DNA of 63,996 nucleotides, filler included, from Dirinaria sp. TL-2023a (Eukaryota): NCBI GenBank assembly GCA_051941275.1. It is 5 parts of 5 records of this genome, joined end to end, with 100 filler letters (N's around TTAATTAATTAA, not from the genome) between each part and the next. Parts side by side here need not be neighbours in the genome. Positions count along the whole stretch, not along the records: positions 1 to 13,125 come from JAVEBF010000710.1; positions 13,226 to 26,346 come from JAVEBF010000711.1; 3 more parts are not named here. One strand, written 5' to 3'. Shown here one piece after another: positions 1-13,478 of this stretch (position 1 is its first letter; every line of letters begins with the position of its first letter). A model generated the notes under the pieces. That model worked only from the letters and a program-made list of their open reading frames with translations. It was not told the origin of the DNA and did no database searches. Both the position numbers and the translations under genes were made by a program.

Positions 1-24
1 CCTACAAACCCGCGACGCGAAAAA

Positions 25-264
25 ATGCATCTCCCGTTCCCGTCCCTGCTCCTATTCTGCTTCACCGCCATCGGCACCACTACACTCGCTCAGCCTCTCC
101 ACATGCTGCACAGCCATCACCGTCGAGCGCTGCAGGCCCGACAAGACCAGATCCGACAACCGTCTACTCCGAAGCCAATACCGGTCGACATCCTGCACCC
201 CCGGCAACAAGAATTCGAAACCGTTGCCACAGCCGCGGGTTACTCGGATCCAAATGCGCCTTGA
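25..264 (+). CDS. Possible small secreted peptide (79 aa)
   Basis: ATG in A-rich context (aaaaATG); hydrophobic signal-like N-terminus MHLPFPSLLLFCFTAIGTTTLA followed by a His-rich stretch and RR. No family recognised. Confidence 0.35.
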   Translation: MHLPFPSLLLFCFTAIGTTTLAQPLHMLHSHHRRALQARQDQIRQPSTPKPIPVDILHPRQQEFETVATAAGYSDPNAP

Positions 265-1067
265 AAAAGCAGCGATTCGTTGCGGATCAGCCATTTTCCT
301 TTTTGAAATATGCGCTCGCTGAAAACGACAACACTGCCGTGCAGGCTTATTGAGGGGCTCCGAACTCCCCCACATGATCTGTCTCCTCGCTTCGCAACTG
401 CAAAGCGCTTGCTCAAACCACAAGCAACCCAACGAATCCCCACGCCGTGGTCGGGAGAGGTGGGTTGAAGGGTTTCATAGAGAAAAAGAAAGTATGCATA
501 GCATCCAGTGGAATCGAATGCAGAGAGCTTGAAGAGCTTCAAAAGGTAGAGAGACAGGGGAAGCAGGGAAAAAGCACGGGAAAAATCGTTAGAAGGATTT
601 TTCCTTGAGCTTCCTATGGGGGGGAGGGAAAATATACCTATCAAAGCGTATCGTTCAAAATAGGAAAAGTCAAGTAGAATTCTGAAACTTGAGAGGGGGC
701 TCGACTTTTCTTTTTTCCCAATCCTCCAACCTCCAACCATTCCCCCTCTCTTCTCTTAACGAAAGATGAAAGAAAGGGGGAAAAAAGTTGCCACGACTGA
801 ATCCTTTCCTGAGAGCGGAGCAGAGTGCTTATGTTATTATTTTTCATAGCACGGCCAGTAGGTACATTAGCGGAATGAATGCGAAGACTAAATACATTAC
901 CAAACTAAAACCTCCTCGACCTCAACAATCAATCGGCCGAGATCCATCCTTCACTTTCTCATCCCCTTACTGAATTCATACTTCATGAAGATAAAATAAT
1001 ATGTAATACCAAAACCATACGCTACCTTTGCCTCTGCATAAGGGTCGATGGCAATAACAGTAATTAT

Positions 1068-2268
1068 TCAATGGCATTTCGGGTGAGGCGTGCTCGGCGC
1101 CTTGTCCTTGGGGTAGACCTCCAAGATGGCGGGTCCGGCGATGATGTTCTCGTCTGAGAAATCGGTGGCCGATTTGGAGAGCACAACGTAGACTTGGCCC
1201 ACGGCGCCCACTGGGATGGTGTCGATCTTGTAGTCTTTGTTGCCGGCGGTGATGCGTACCTGGACGGGGAGCTGGAGGAGCGAAGGGATGTTAGCATGGG
1301 TCGTACAATGGTACTTTAAGACCGGGGTGTGATGCAAAGGTTGACTTTGCATCGCTGATACAAGCAGAGAAGAAGAAACTTGGCATGGGAGGCACCCACC
1401 TTCATCAAGCCCGAAAAGAAGACGGCATAGATGGGTGTATCGGCTGTAATACCACCGAATTTACCCTTAGCGGCCGCAAAGGCGCCGGAGAAAGTTACAG
1501 AGGATCGTCCAGCTCTATCACGGTGTCAGCAAGCCTCATTGCAGGCAAGTTAGAAGTGACTCACTCGTAGTAGTACTGCGTGCATTGCAGAGTCAATGTG
1601 GGAAACGCCTGGAACGGCAGCTTGACTGGCGAAGTTCCACCCGTGATGAATGCAGCTGCAAGACTGTACACTTCATTGAAGTCTAGAGGGGTATCGAATG
1701 GATTAGGGAATGGTGATTCGCTAAGTGATGCGCGAATGTAGGAGGTATGACGGGCTTCGACGGCCAAGATGGAGCCGGCCGCTGTAAGGTAGTCTTTATC
1801 GACGATGGAGGCAGCGGCCCCAAGGTACCTATGTAGCTATCAGCCTAAGTACTCGACAGTTGATCAGGCAAATGCTTACGCAGAAACGCCAACGCCTTCC
1901 AAGACGCTCGATAGGGTGACGAACGAAGCTACATCTGTGTAGGGGAAGTTGTACTGCAGCTCAACGGTAGGCGTTATCTTAGCGGCCTCCAGCGCTCCCG
2001 AGAGAAAGGAGACGTGAGTCTGCTCGTCATAGTAGATCTCCTGGAGATTTGCATAGAATGGATCCTCGAAGCCAGCGGCTACGAACTCGGCGTGGGTAAA
2101 ATTCTTGAGAGCACCTCTGTAAAATGCTCGTTCTAGATACTCGAGAGTCAGGGCATAATTGAGAATGATGCCGTCATCGACTTTCGGCGTCGAGACACGC
2201 TTGTCAATGGGAGTCGCGGTGACAAAGGAGAGTGCTACGGAAGCTAGAAGAGCGGATGAGAAGCGCAT
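1068..2268 (-). CDS. Secreted ferritin-like domain protein (Rds1-like), about 5 exons
   Basis: Signal peptide plus KR site; motifs ILNYALTLEYLE-AFY, DEQTHV, SVLEGVGVSAYLGAA and LAVEARH typical of Ferritin_2/Rds1. Introns approx. 1829-1879, 1515-1564, 1355-1399, 1260-1306. Confidence 0.85.
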
Positions 2269-3812
2269 GGCGGCTGTTTGGTATCAAGCAAAAAAGCAAA
2301 GACCAATAATGTGGGCAAGGCGAGAGAGACTTTCTTGAGCAAAAAGAGCGAAGAGACTCGGACACAAGGTAGGAGAAGCTCGGAGAAAAACAATGGGACA
2401 TGCATTAGCTATATACCAACTCCACACTTACTTTACATTGCATGACGACCAGCTAGCTAGTAGCTACCTAGGTAGGCAGGCGCGGCTACTACAATAGTAC
2501 ATACGGTCGATGGGAAGGAGCTCTCCCCATGTTCGGCTTTCAGAAGCCTTGACATCAGGAGCACTACCATTGTCCGGCAATTAGAAGCAGCGATGGCTGG
2601 CACGCAGCGCGGTTAGGTCGCTGATTCCTTCGCAAGCTGGTGCTTGAAGTCGATAGTCAGGTATGAATATTTCCATGGACAAGGTCGAAGCTAATTCACT
2701 TAGTGGCAGGAAAAGCTCATACACGCTATGCCTCTCTTGTCCAAGGCGAGCGTGGCATGCCGCTGCAAGAGGTGCAAAAAGCCCAGAACGGCCACGAGCT
2801 TCGGAATGATTGGCTTTCCCGAGCGCCACGGCTTCCTGTTGTGGAAACAAATTATCGAATGGGCGTTGAAATCTCTCGAGTACCCCGCTTTTTGCGGCTT
2901 CGTCCCGCGACTTGGCAGATTTGTCACCCAGCGCTTTATTGCGCTCAGCCCAAAAGAGCAAAGTAAGGAAGATACAGAAGGTACATACACGGTGCTGTAC
3001 CTTTCCATGAAGGGCTCGCACGGGCCGCCGCTTTTAGACGGCTCTCGGGGAAGATATCTGCTCTACATATCCATCAGCTACCAAGTACTCATCTGCCCTC
3101 GAAGCTTCAACTATGAAAATCGTCAGCATTCGAAAACGCGTGCTTTGCCTTTCTTTTCGCTGCCCAGAGTCTAGCATAGCATCTGCACTCACGAACTATG
3201 AGAGTCAGATGATCATAGTCTTCAACCCAACTTGTAACTCTTTTTTTGTTCATCTTCGAAGGCCGCGGTCACCGGGACCGAGCATTGAGAGTATTGTTGA
3301 ACGCTCTGGGATGATTCCAAGGATGATGAGGTCAAGGATGGCGATGACTCTGACACAGGAAGGTTCAGGATGCATGCGTCTAGTTTGCGTGTATCTATAC
3401 TGGATGTGATATTAACCGGTGCGTCTGCGTTGTCGCGAAATCGTCGCTTCCAACGTGATAGAATAAACACATCGGGCTTCCTATGTACTTGACCTGATTC
3501 GTATGTACCCATTCTCCTCTTACTCGAAAGCGGCGGATATGAGACCTCTGTGCGCATCATTCCGCACAGGCCTCGGGAAATACAGAAACCTGGGATTTGG
3601 GGTGATTCGTCAATCAATTGCCATACAGAAATGCAAGGTACTCGTACCCGACTCTCATTATTATCAGAGAATAGATAGCTATGTATGTACCCAATTGTAG
3701 AATATCTAGATCAACATAAAGCGAAGCCCCCAGCGCCAATGACTTTCAAGCTTGTTAGCATCTATCATGTATTAAATCACCGGACAAACAAAAGTAATCT
3801 TACTTTTGCAAG

Positions 3813-5702
3813 ATGAAGCTTTCTCACTCCCTCATCGCTTTGAATCCAATTTTGTCTCGTTGCGCGCTGGCTATCACGGTTGCCGAGATCACAGGCAACA
3901 GATATATATCGCCTCTCAGCAACTCATCCTTTACCAACCTGACCGGACTCGTCACTGCCTTGGATTATCATACGTGCATCCGCTCCCTGGAGCCAGATGA
4001 CGATGAGTCCACGTCCGAGAGTATTGGGATCTTCGGCTCCCCATATCACGAGTACTTGGCCCCCGGGAACATCGTCACCTTGGACGGAACGGTTTCTTCC
4101 GCTTTCGGAGGCTTCCGAGTGTTTCTCCGCACGAACGAAATCGTCCACGCTCGCAACGTCCGACTGGTATCGCGAGGCAATCCTGTGGAACCGGTCGTAT
4201 TAGGGGAGGAGCGGACATCAGGCCTTATAGGCAATAAAGATATGCGCCCTCCCACGGAGCAGTATAGCAAGTTGGACGACGGCAACGTTTTCGGGCCCGA
4301 TGATAACGCTGCGCGAGTTTCCCAGGTCAACCCCCAACTCGAGCCTCGGAAGTACGGGATGGATTTCTTCTAGTCTCTGTTCGCAGAGCTGGTGACCATC
4401 AGGAACGTGACGGCTCTCGGAAGGCCGGCCAAGGATCATTCGTCTACTGGGCCTCATTTGTGGGTTTACGGTGATTGGCCGGTCACGGGCAGAAATGCCC
4501 ACGGTGGCCTCACCATCACGGACGGTGACGCGAATCCCGAGACCCTGATACTGTTCGACCCACCGGACGGCACCAAAAACCCGAATACCACCAAGCTCGG
4601 AGACTCGCTGACAGACGTCACTGGGACAATTGATTACATTTTCGGCTTGTATTACATTCGCCCCTTGACCGCGCCGAGAATTAAGTCTTCACGTTCGCCG
4701 TCCCTACCCCCACCATCGGCCATGAAGTCCGATGGAACATGTAATGCGATCACGGTCGCTGAATACGATCTCGAGAACTTCGAACCTAATGACTCGCGTA
4801 TTCCACTCATCGTGGATCACATTGTCACCTACCTAAACTCACCCCCCATCATTTTTCTTCAGGGAGTCGAAGATAGTTCAGGCCCGCTCGACGACGGCAC
4901 AGTCGATGCCAACCTTACGCTTTCCAAGTTGACACAGGCGCTCAAGGAACGTACTAATATCGCCTACGACTTTGTCGACGTCGATCCAATAGATGACGCA
5001 GATACCCTGTTCTCGGACAAAGGCTGCAACTTCCGTAACGCGTACGTCTTCAATCCTCTACAAGTGCGGCTTCACAGGCCTAATCCAGGTACCTCAAACG
5101 ACACTGACTCCGTTGGACCCGGTCCATCACTGCGCTTCAATCCAGGCCGCATCAATGACCCTTCGGTCTTCGCCTACAGGGCCAAACCTCTTGTTGCCCA
5201 ATGGGAGACGGCCGATGGCAAGGGAATCTTCTTCACGGTCAACGTGGTATGGATAAATAAAGACGTCCTAGTCACCTATCAAACCGATCATCGCCCTCCA
5301 GGGCATGCCTATGGCAAGGAACGTGATGCTCAAGCCAACACAACAGGTCTCTTCATTTCCCAGATCCTCGCGCAGGATCCGGACGCGGCAGTCATAGCGG
5401 CCGGCAACTTCTACGAGTACACATTCGTTGAGACATTGAAACGCTTCCTTCAAGCTGCAGGATTGCAGGACTTGGATGTGCTGAGTGGAATACCAGAGGT
5501 TGAGAGATACACCTCTACCTCCGGCAGCTATGCCGCTGGCAGCCAAGACCAACTCACTCATATATTTGTTAGCCCGTCGATTGCTAAATCCGTTGGAAAG
5601 GGGGACTATGAGCATGTACACGTCAACACGTGGGCGAACAAGGAGAATATTGCCAGCGAATTTGATCCATCCTTGGCAAGGTTGAATGTATGTAAGCAGT
5701 GA
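3813..5702 (+). pseudogene. Secreted endonuclease/exonuclease/phosphatase (EEP) family protein with in-frame TAG at 4371-4373 and degenerate catalytic motifs
   Basis: ORFs 3813-4373 and 4392-5702 are in the same frame. Motifs ITVAEITGNRYISPL, TSESI, PPTEQYSKLD, YGMDFF*SLFAELV, DANPE, FNPGRI and YEHVHVNTW match the fungal secreted EEP nuclease family. Confidence 0.8.
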
Positions 5703-8115
5703 TACAGCTTATGGATTGAACGATACGCCCGAATCGGAACCCGCTCCAAATAAATGTAAATTGACGTTTTTGCATGAAGTCCCTTCTCGTATACAGGGAA
5801 CATGATATTCGGTTTCAGTCATCGCGGCATGTGGGCTAATCTGATCCGGTCGACCCTACTACAAAATCAGTCCTGTCAATATGGACATACGTTACCTTAT
5901 GCTCGTCAGTAAAGCGGCCGCCACTCTAGGCCAAGCGTGGAGCGATCGGCACGCACCCCCAAATGTTTGCGAGCTTGGCATTTAGAGAACCCTACCACTC
6001 CGACTGTCGGGCCTGGATCTGGGAGGGAAGCGGCTGCTTCCCGCTGTGTACTTGACTCGGAAGTCGCAATTCCAGTGCAAGGATATAACAGAGCGTTCTA
6101 GACTTTGGCGGCCATGGTCTTGTGACTTGACTTGAATTGTACTTCAAAGAAAGCGGCCAACGGAGTACTTCGTACTACCTGCTACGAAGAATCCTGAAAG
6201 GCAGGGCTTTTCGGCCCATTTCTTCATAGAAGTGCGCAGGAATGAATGACGACCTTTAGTATTTGCGCACCGAGATAGATTTGGCCCATAAAATCCTAAC
6301 CCAGGAGCCTCCAAATTCAGTAATGCACTGTCAGTCTTTCCGATCGCGGACACTCATATCGGGGAAATGCCATGAACCCGTGGCATATATTGTGCCTCTT
6401 TGCTTTGATCAAAGACTTGACAACTCATGCATATGTGCAGGATGGAGGCAGCACAGAAGTGACATCGCTGGCCAAGATATGTTTAAGAAAGTTGGCGTGC
6501 ATACTTAGTTGCTCAGGCGTTATAGGGACACCATTTTTGCTCAACGCTGGCAGGCCTAACAGTAGCTTCGAACACAGCGCTGATGTTTCGCCATTAAAGG
6601 GGCTGTCTTCTCAAGTATGCGATTTTCATAGAAAGACGATTAATACTGTGATGTTGCGCCGATTTCTCAACTTCTGAGAGCTATTCCTTTCAAGCTCATG
6701 ATAAGTTTAAATCAACATGCCCCTATCAGAAATACATAGAAGATTTAGGATTAGCATCGTGATTGATATTCGTCACGATGATAGAAGAATTACTCACACT
6801 ACTATTGGAGTTGCGTCCAGGCTAAGTAAGAACGGGAAGACATTAGCAAGGGACCCTGTTTAACATGTGCGGATGAAATAGGGTTTAATTTGAAGAATGG
6901 TTAGCACAATTGGAAATCTTCCGACTGATGATCTTGGTGTGTGCATGTATGTTGCGAAATCTTGACATCTCAAAATTCTTCCCTTCCGCGCAGTTACCAC
7001 TACTGACTTTCGTATACCAATATCCACAGCTCAATGCTTCAGGATGAGACAGCAAAATATCGAAGAGTATTGATAAATGAAAAAGAATTGTTGGATCTTA
7101 GCAGCTATGGACTTGTGACTGCGCATATAGGGGAGGAAGAATTTTGAGATGTCAAGAATTCGCAACACACATGCGCACGCCAAATATAGTTGCAAAGCGT
7201 TTGATACTTAGCTTTCTGACTACACTCTCCCATGGCCGAGGCGTATCTCTTCGTGTTGAGACATTGCTGAAGGCTCGAGAATCATGTGACTACTGTCGTG
7301 CTCGTACCATATCGTCTTCTATGCGACTCATGCCCATGACACGAGGAACGAGGCGCATTGCCTACAGGTTTCTGTCTAACATTCCGATGCGGTCCTCATC
7401 GCTGCTTCAACGAGCTTACTTGGGTGTCTCTTTGGCCGCAATCTGCAGTTCTCGAGTTATGGGCGTTATTGCGTTTGAATGCTCGCCAATAAATCTTTGA
7501 TCAATGACCATAGAACGTCGTTTGAGGAGGTGATTGTAACGGAGACGATGCCTTACGTTTTGTACACCGATGGTCGCCATGCTCCCACGTGTAGGAGCGC
7601 GGCACCGGTGGTGCTGTTCTGAAAAGCTTGCTGGCCAATCAAGTATGGTATGCGGGCTGCAGTTAAGTGTGTCGGGGAGACTCAACGTTCGCTCTCGCGA
7701 AACGCATCGAGCGCTCTCCACTTGTGTTTGAGAGGCGTCTCGTTTGTCGAGCGTCACAGATGCCGAAGGATACAAAGAATGAGTGAAGGGCCGTTGCTTG
7801 GCTTGAGAACCGAGGGAACGCACAGAAAACGCAGTCCAATCAATGCCGTTTGCTTCGGCTTTAGCGCCCGCAAAGTGACGAAAGCGTCTCCATGGCTTGG
7901 CGGTACCGTAGCAACCCGGAAGAACGAGGTATCGTCATGATGATCATGGGATTATTGATAATATGTAATCGGCTGCTCGCCCATCCCTCATCCCTCCCAT
8001 CAATCCATAAAAACGCCGTCAGACAGTATTCATCTCGCGCATTCCTTGCTCACATACAATTGCTCAACACATTACACTGCCCGGAAGTTCACCTTCATCG
8101 TAATACCGCTTCGCC

Positions 8116-8740
8116 ATGAATCCCATCAACCTTGCCCTTAGAGGCTTTCAGGTTTGTCGCCTTCCGCAGAGCAGCCGATAGGGCCGACCACTAACTAAAC
8201 ATCAGTTTTTGTGGACGCTTCTCGTTCTGGCGCTTGATGGCAACATTATTGCGGGAGCCTTCGCCGGCAACCCTTCCATAATCAACTTCATAATGTTTGT
8301 CGCTGTCTTCGGCATGCTGTCGCTTTTCTACCTCATTCCTGCGAGCGTCAAAGAAAGTTTCTCGATCCATCCAATGCTCATGGTGGCTGCCGACACTCTG
8401 AACACCATCTTCTTCTTCTGCGCAGCTGTTGCCCTTGCAGCTGGCCTTGACGTGCACAGCTGCGGCGACACGGTAAGTCCCGGCGATCAGTTCCGTGTCT
8501 CCGGATTGACAATTCGTTTGGCAGGGCTATGTCCTGACGAACGGAATCACGAATGGGTCGAAGAATCCTTCCAAGCGATGTCACGAAGCTCAAGCGGTCT
8601 GTGCATTCTTGTGGTTTGGCTTCGCTGCTTTTGCAGGATCGATAGTGTTCTCGGCTCTGGGCTCAAGCGGTACATCCGGTATTGGCAGAGCAGGTATTGG
8701 AGGCATCAGGCGAGGCGGTCCAGCTATGTCGCAGGTATAA
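8116..8740 (+). CDS. NCE102: MARVEL-domain tetraspan membrane protein, Nce102 family
   Basis: Exons 8116-8151, 8206-8472, 8525-8740 with GT..AG introns. Protein MNPINLALRGFQFLWTLLVLAL...VHSC...RCHEAQAVCAFLWFGF...GGPAMSQV. Confidence 0.88.
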
Positions 8741-10649
8741 ACGATCAAGCTGCGGGATATGCCTCATGGCCGCAGCAATCAAGGCCTGGCAGTTATTGGC
8801 TGGTCAGGTTTTCTTCCGAACGAAGTCTCACCGCGCGAACCTCAACTGGTCACGCGGTTTGCGTCACTTCCGGAATTCTATTAGGAGGTGGACGAATATT
8901 TTACGACAGGCAACGATAGCGTTTGGTTTGCAGATTTAGGGCACTCAGCTGGCGCTTGTGTTTTCTAAGGTAATGCTGCTCTTAAGAACCTTGGAGTTCT
9001 GGTAGCAACTGTAAGGTAGTATGTACAAAGTCGTCTGTTCATTGCAGCAAACATCATACATGGTTGAGCGAGCTCTTGAGTGCGCCTCACGGGTGAAGAA
9101 TCGTGACAGGGGCAAGAAATACGAAGCGACTTTGGAGCCAAGACTTTTCCTTCCTAAACGCCGGCATCTTAGGTTAGGTGAGCGAGGTAAGGTATTTGAC
9201 GAGGGTGTCAACCACGGCATACTTACACACCTACCTTAGTGTCCAACCTGCATCATCTCTGAGGGAAGCCTAGTTGCTCATTGGTCCACCTAATATTCAT
9301 TGCTCCCATGTGATTGGTCAGGTAATCATATTTCCTGCAGGACAGAAGCACCCTAACATCCCCCCCCCCCCCAAAATGGCTCTTAGCAAGGCTTTTTTGT
9401 GAGGGGCCGGGAAAACCTTCCAGCAACACAACTCACCGGCAAGCACTGCCCTTGTCATGCTTCGCGATAGCGTCTTACTTGACTACCTCATTAATTATTC
9501 AGCCACCAGTTCATTTGGGCCAACTCGTTACTCGATGCTACACGAGCTGAAGGAGGGGCAGGGGCCCTAGGGGCGGCCCATGGAACGACCACTACGTTGC
9601 TGCAAGGAACACGCACATGGCAGGAGTTTAAGTCTATTACCTTATCGTCGTCATTATTGACAATCCCTCCAACATCCCATATTGAATTGACCCTATTGAG
9701 TCCAATCATGAATATAACATGAAGCGGCTCGCGGTGTGTTGAGGGAGCAGCAGGGCATTTCTTGAGAGTCGGTGACCTATCTCGGCTGGTACGATTGGGC
9801 TTCAATGCAGCAGGGCCAGGAGTACTCCCACTGGGCTTACGGCCCTCTGCTATTCTTTTCTTAGCCGTTGTGGTCTTTGTGAGCGCCGGTGTGTCGACTG
9901 CCAGCGCAGTCGTTGCCTTATTCTGCCTTCAGGGCTCCGCGCTGCTCGCAATCTGGGATACAAAGCCATGCCCCGCGTTCTATCTCTTTCGTCTCTCCTT
10001 GCCGGTTCGCACCTCACAGTCGCCCTCCCCTATATAATTGTACTACATTTCTTCCTATCGCTGCACATACGTCCAGCATTTTCTCTTCACACACGGCCCC
10101 TTCACTAATACACCTTTTTCTTTGGTACACTACCCATTAACAGCAGCTCTCAGGCATCTTAGCCCTTGTGGTGGAAACAATTTCGAAAGAAAGAAACACA
10201 TTGCCTTTCTCTTATACTACAGTTTTAGGTCGGAAGCCGTCTTCAGCCTCGTGATCACTAAGCCAGCATTTATTGACTGCCCAATCTAAACGGGAACGAT
10301 ATGCCGCACGGCGTGCTATTGGTCTGTATTACGTCGAATCCACACAGGAAGGACAGATTCTACTCCTAGTACTCTGCCCCCTTAGATCTGGATTACTTGA
10401 AGAGGCTCTTACACGCAGGACCAGCACTCTCAAAGGCAAGTCTATTGGCAGACGTCCCGCCAATCCGATCATTCCATCCGCCTGATCATTGCCTGGAGCG
10501 TGTCCTGCAATGCTTCAGTGATCTAGTCCTCTCCAATTAGGTGTCGAAGACTTCTGTGGGACTTTGCTAAGCTCGGAAATTCAACTTATTTGCCAATTCT
10601 TGTATTACCCTTTCTTGGCCATCAACGTACAGATAAGGTACCAATCCAG

Positions 10650-12297
10650 ATGAGTGGGCCGTATCCATCGTATCCAAAGCCAGGGCAGGACCCAAGGATA
10701 AATACGGATCGACCGCATTATCTTTACTCAAACCAGGCGAGCACTGGTAATGGGTTCTCGAATCAAGGCGCAGATGACGATCGTCAAGGCTTGAGCTCTA
10801 CTGAAACCCGGCCTCCATCGAGTTGGAATGACGCATTACCATTCGGACGCGCAGAAGGCTTTTGGAACCCTGGAAACAACAGCACCCTTGGCTCCGGTCA
10901 TGTAGATACACAGTCAACTTCGGTTCCTAGTGCCCCCGCTGCATCGGCAGTGCAGATCAGACCCATATTTGTGCCGTTTGAACCCAGGTATCCGGACGCG
11001 CATACAGTACTGCCCACGCCCATTGAGGAATATTCTTATGGCCAAGACCTCGATAGCTCGTTCCCAGGCTACCCGCAGCAGCACATGGGCTCCTGGATTG
11101 ACGACCAGGTCGAGGCTATGGATCAAGGAGCCGAATTTGGACTGAGCGAACCTGACATATACCCTTCCCAGCCGGTGAATATGGTAGACTCGTTGCCTCA
11201 GTATCCGAATTTTCGTAGCCCATCATGGGACAGTCGTGCCAAGCCACTGCAGGATCGATTTCCCCAACCCTATTGGACCCCAAGCGGACCTCATAATGCT
11301 CACGGGAATGTAAACCAAGGCCCGACGCTGCCGCAGACAAACCATGTACCCCAAGGATCAATGCTAGATGGTCAGTCAATTCTATATATTGTGTGGAAAT
11401 CGACCCTTTCCTCTCCATGGGGTGACACAGAACCGCCGGTTTCGTGGCAGATGGCTGCCACGAGAAGATTCAATGCAATGCAATTCCACAGCGGCACTCG
11501 AAAGAAAAATTTGGGACAGACAACTCATTGTCAAGTCGTAAAATCGTACTGATCAAATGAGTTCGTGATACGGCCAGACTTGATAATGGGCTGGCTGTCC
11601 AACTCGCATGCTGCTAGAGCGTCGCTGAATGGTAGTGTTCTGTGTCACCCTTTGGTACTTCTTTCACACCCAAATTGCAGAGAATTGTCAAATTTCTACC
11701 TCGCTTGGCTAACTTGACTAATGTTGCCTCGGACAGAGAGAAGCCTTCCCACCAGTTCTATGGACCAGCCACACAGAGAGAGAGCCAGCCACGTGATCCG
11801 CCCAGATGCACGGAAAGCCCTCAGATCGACATTAGAAGTTCCAGGGGTGCCAGCGAGGGTCTCTAAGCCCACTACATCGACTCGATCACGGACGAGGTCG
11901 CTAGTAAAACCTAGCCCGATTATCCAGACCGAGGAAGGGAGCAACACGTTTGATCTTTCGATGAAACGACAGTCGAGAACGGGCAGGCGATCTTTCACTC
12001 AACCTGAGAAGGAGCGTACGCATAACGTAAGGGCGGCCGGCGCTTGTGGGACTTGCCGCCTAAAGCACCGCAAGGTGAGCTATTTTCAAACCCCTTTGGT
12101 ATGATCTGAACTAATCCATGAAGTGTCTTCGCGAAGTGCCGTCACTGTACCCTGAAAGTTCATCAGACCGAATATCACAACGTGGCAACGATGGGCCGTC
12201 CACACCGGGAATAGTCTCCGATCCAGGGGCTCCTCTGCCGGCTCCATCTTCCCAGGAATCCAGACCAGGACTGGAGATGTTTGATTGCCGGGCATGA
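10650..12297 (+). CDS. Putative transcription regulator: low-complexity N-terminus and C-terminal partial zinc-cluster motif
   Basis: Exon 10650-11370, phase-compatible intron 11371-11736, exon ending RAAGACGTCRLKHRK, donor GTGAGC at 12075. Acceptor is at 12123 (stop 12297) or 12136 (stop 12214). Confidence 0.55.
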
Positions 12298-13125
12298 TCA
12301 TATTTGCCTTGAATGCCAAAGACCGGAAGCTCACAGGTTGGCGCCGAGAAACAAGTCGCTGTGATACGCTCTTCGCTACTGGACAAACGTACGAGACACT
12401 GTTGAACATCCACAGGAGGAGGGAGCCACCATGATAGTAATGCGAACCATGATCACGGCCAGGACGGAATGCTGCAGTTATACCACTGAAACGTGGTACC
12501 AAATCTTCACAACCCTTCATTTTTCCGCTGTTCACTCTTCCAGCAAGTTTTCCTATTTCTATACAGAATCCTGCCTAATTTGACTTGCGCTGCAAGAGGA
12601 GGGCTAGATACAACGTGCGAAAAGAACCCATTCCTACGGGCGTTACTCGAGTCGTCGGTGTTTTCCACTACGAGTACTGTATGGCATAAGTCCACTATAC
12701 CCCTTAGAGTGGTGGAGACTCACGTCGAAGGCGTCCGGTTTATCCCTTCATTCTGTTTTTTCAACCCAATTTCCCTGTGTCTAAGCCCCGGTCGCGTGAG
12801 CAAGGAACTAACGCTGATGAACCACTGCTCCCCGTCCAAAACACCCATGTCTCATTCCATGCTCGCTGTGAATCCCATACTGAGCAGCTGGGCATCAATG
12901 TGTATATGCCGTTCCCCAAAAAACCCAGCATCCACATAAAAGTAGAAGAAGGTAAAGCAACTTTTCCTTTTCCCCCTTTCACAGCGCAGCCGCAGCTTCA
13001 ACGGCGCCCACGCCTTTAAAGCTGGCCGGACTCGTAACCACGACCTCGACGGGATATTTCCACTCCATGAATTTCGCCCATCCTGTGAAATAAATATCCC
13101 ATGCCATTAGCCCCCCCGTACTACA

Positions 13126-13225
13126 NNNNNNNNNNNNNNNNNNNNNNNNNNNNNNNNNNNNNNNNNNNNTTAATTAATTAANNNNNNNNNNNNNNNNNNN
13201 NNNNNNNNNNNNNNNNNNNNNNNNN
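13126..13225. other. Artificial contig linker (N44-TTAATTAATTAA-N44)
   Basis: 100-nt N spacer containing a six-frame stop 12-mer. Confidence 0.97.
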
Positions 13226-13226
13226 C

Positions 13227-13259
<33 letters not shown>

Positions 13260-13478
13260 GAAACCGAACCGGCTCAAAGAAAAAAGAAGTAAAAAGAAAA
13301 AAGCTTCGATTTCGTAGACGCAACGCATGCATGCATCAATCAATCAATCAATCAATCAAAACTACCATATCATACACCTCCCCCGCCCCACCGTTCCACT
13401 CCACTCCACTCCATTCCCATCTATGTATGTATTGTATGCTGCCCCACATCCTGCAAACCCCCTCCTCACTCACTACCT

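Noticed and set aside
4371..4373. Alternative genetic code or pyrrolysine recoding of TAG
   Set aside because: TAG terminates other genes normally here (e.g. POP4, the 2H phosphoesterase), and no suppressor tRNA is present in the window.
6100..7900. Short ORFs and protein-like fragments with many stops
   Set aside because: No recognisable family or consistent splice model; possibly a relic, but not supportable.
13170..13181. Repeated TTAATTAATTAA as a biological repeat or CRISPR-like unit
   Set aside because: It is always embedded in N-runs and is a standard six-frame-stop linker.
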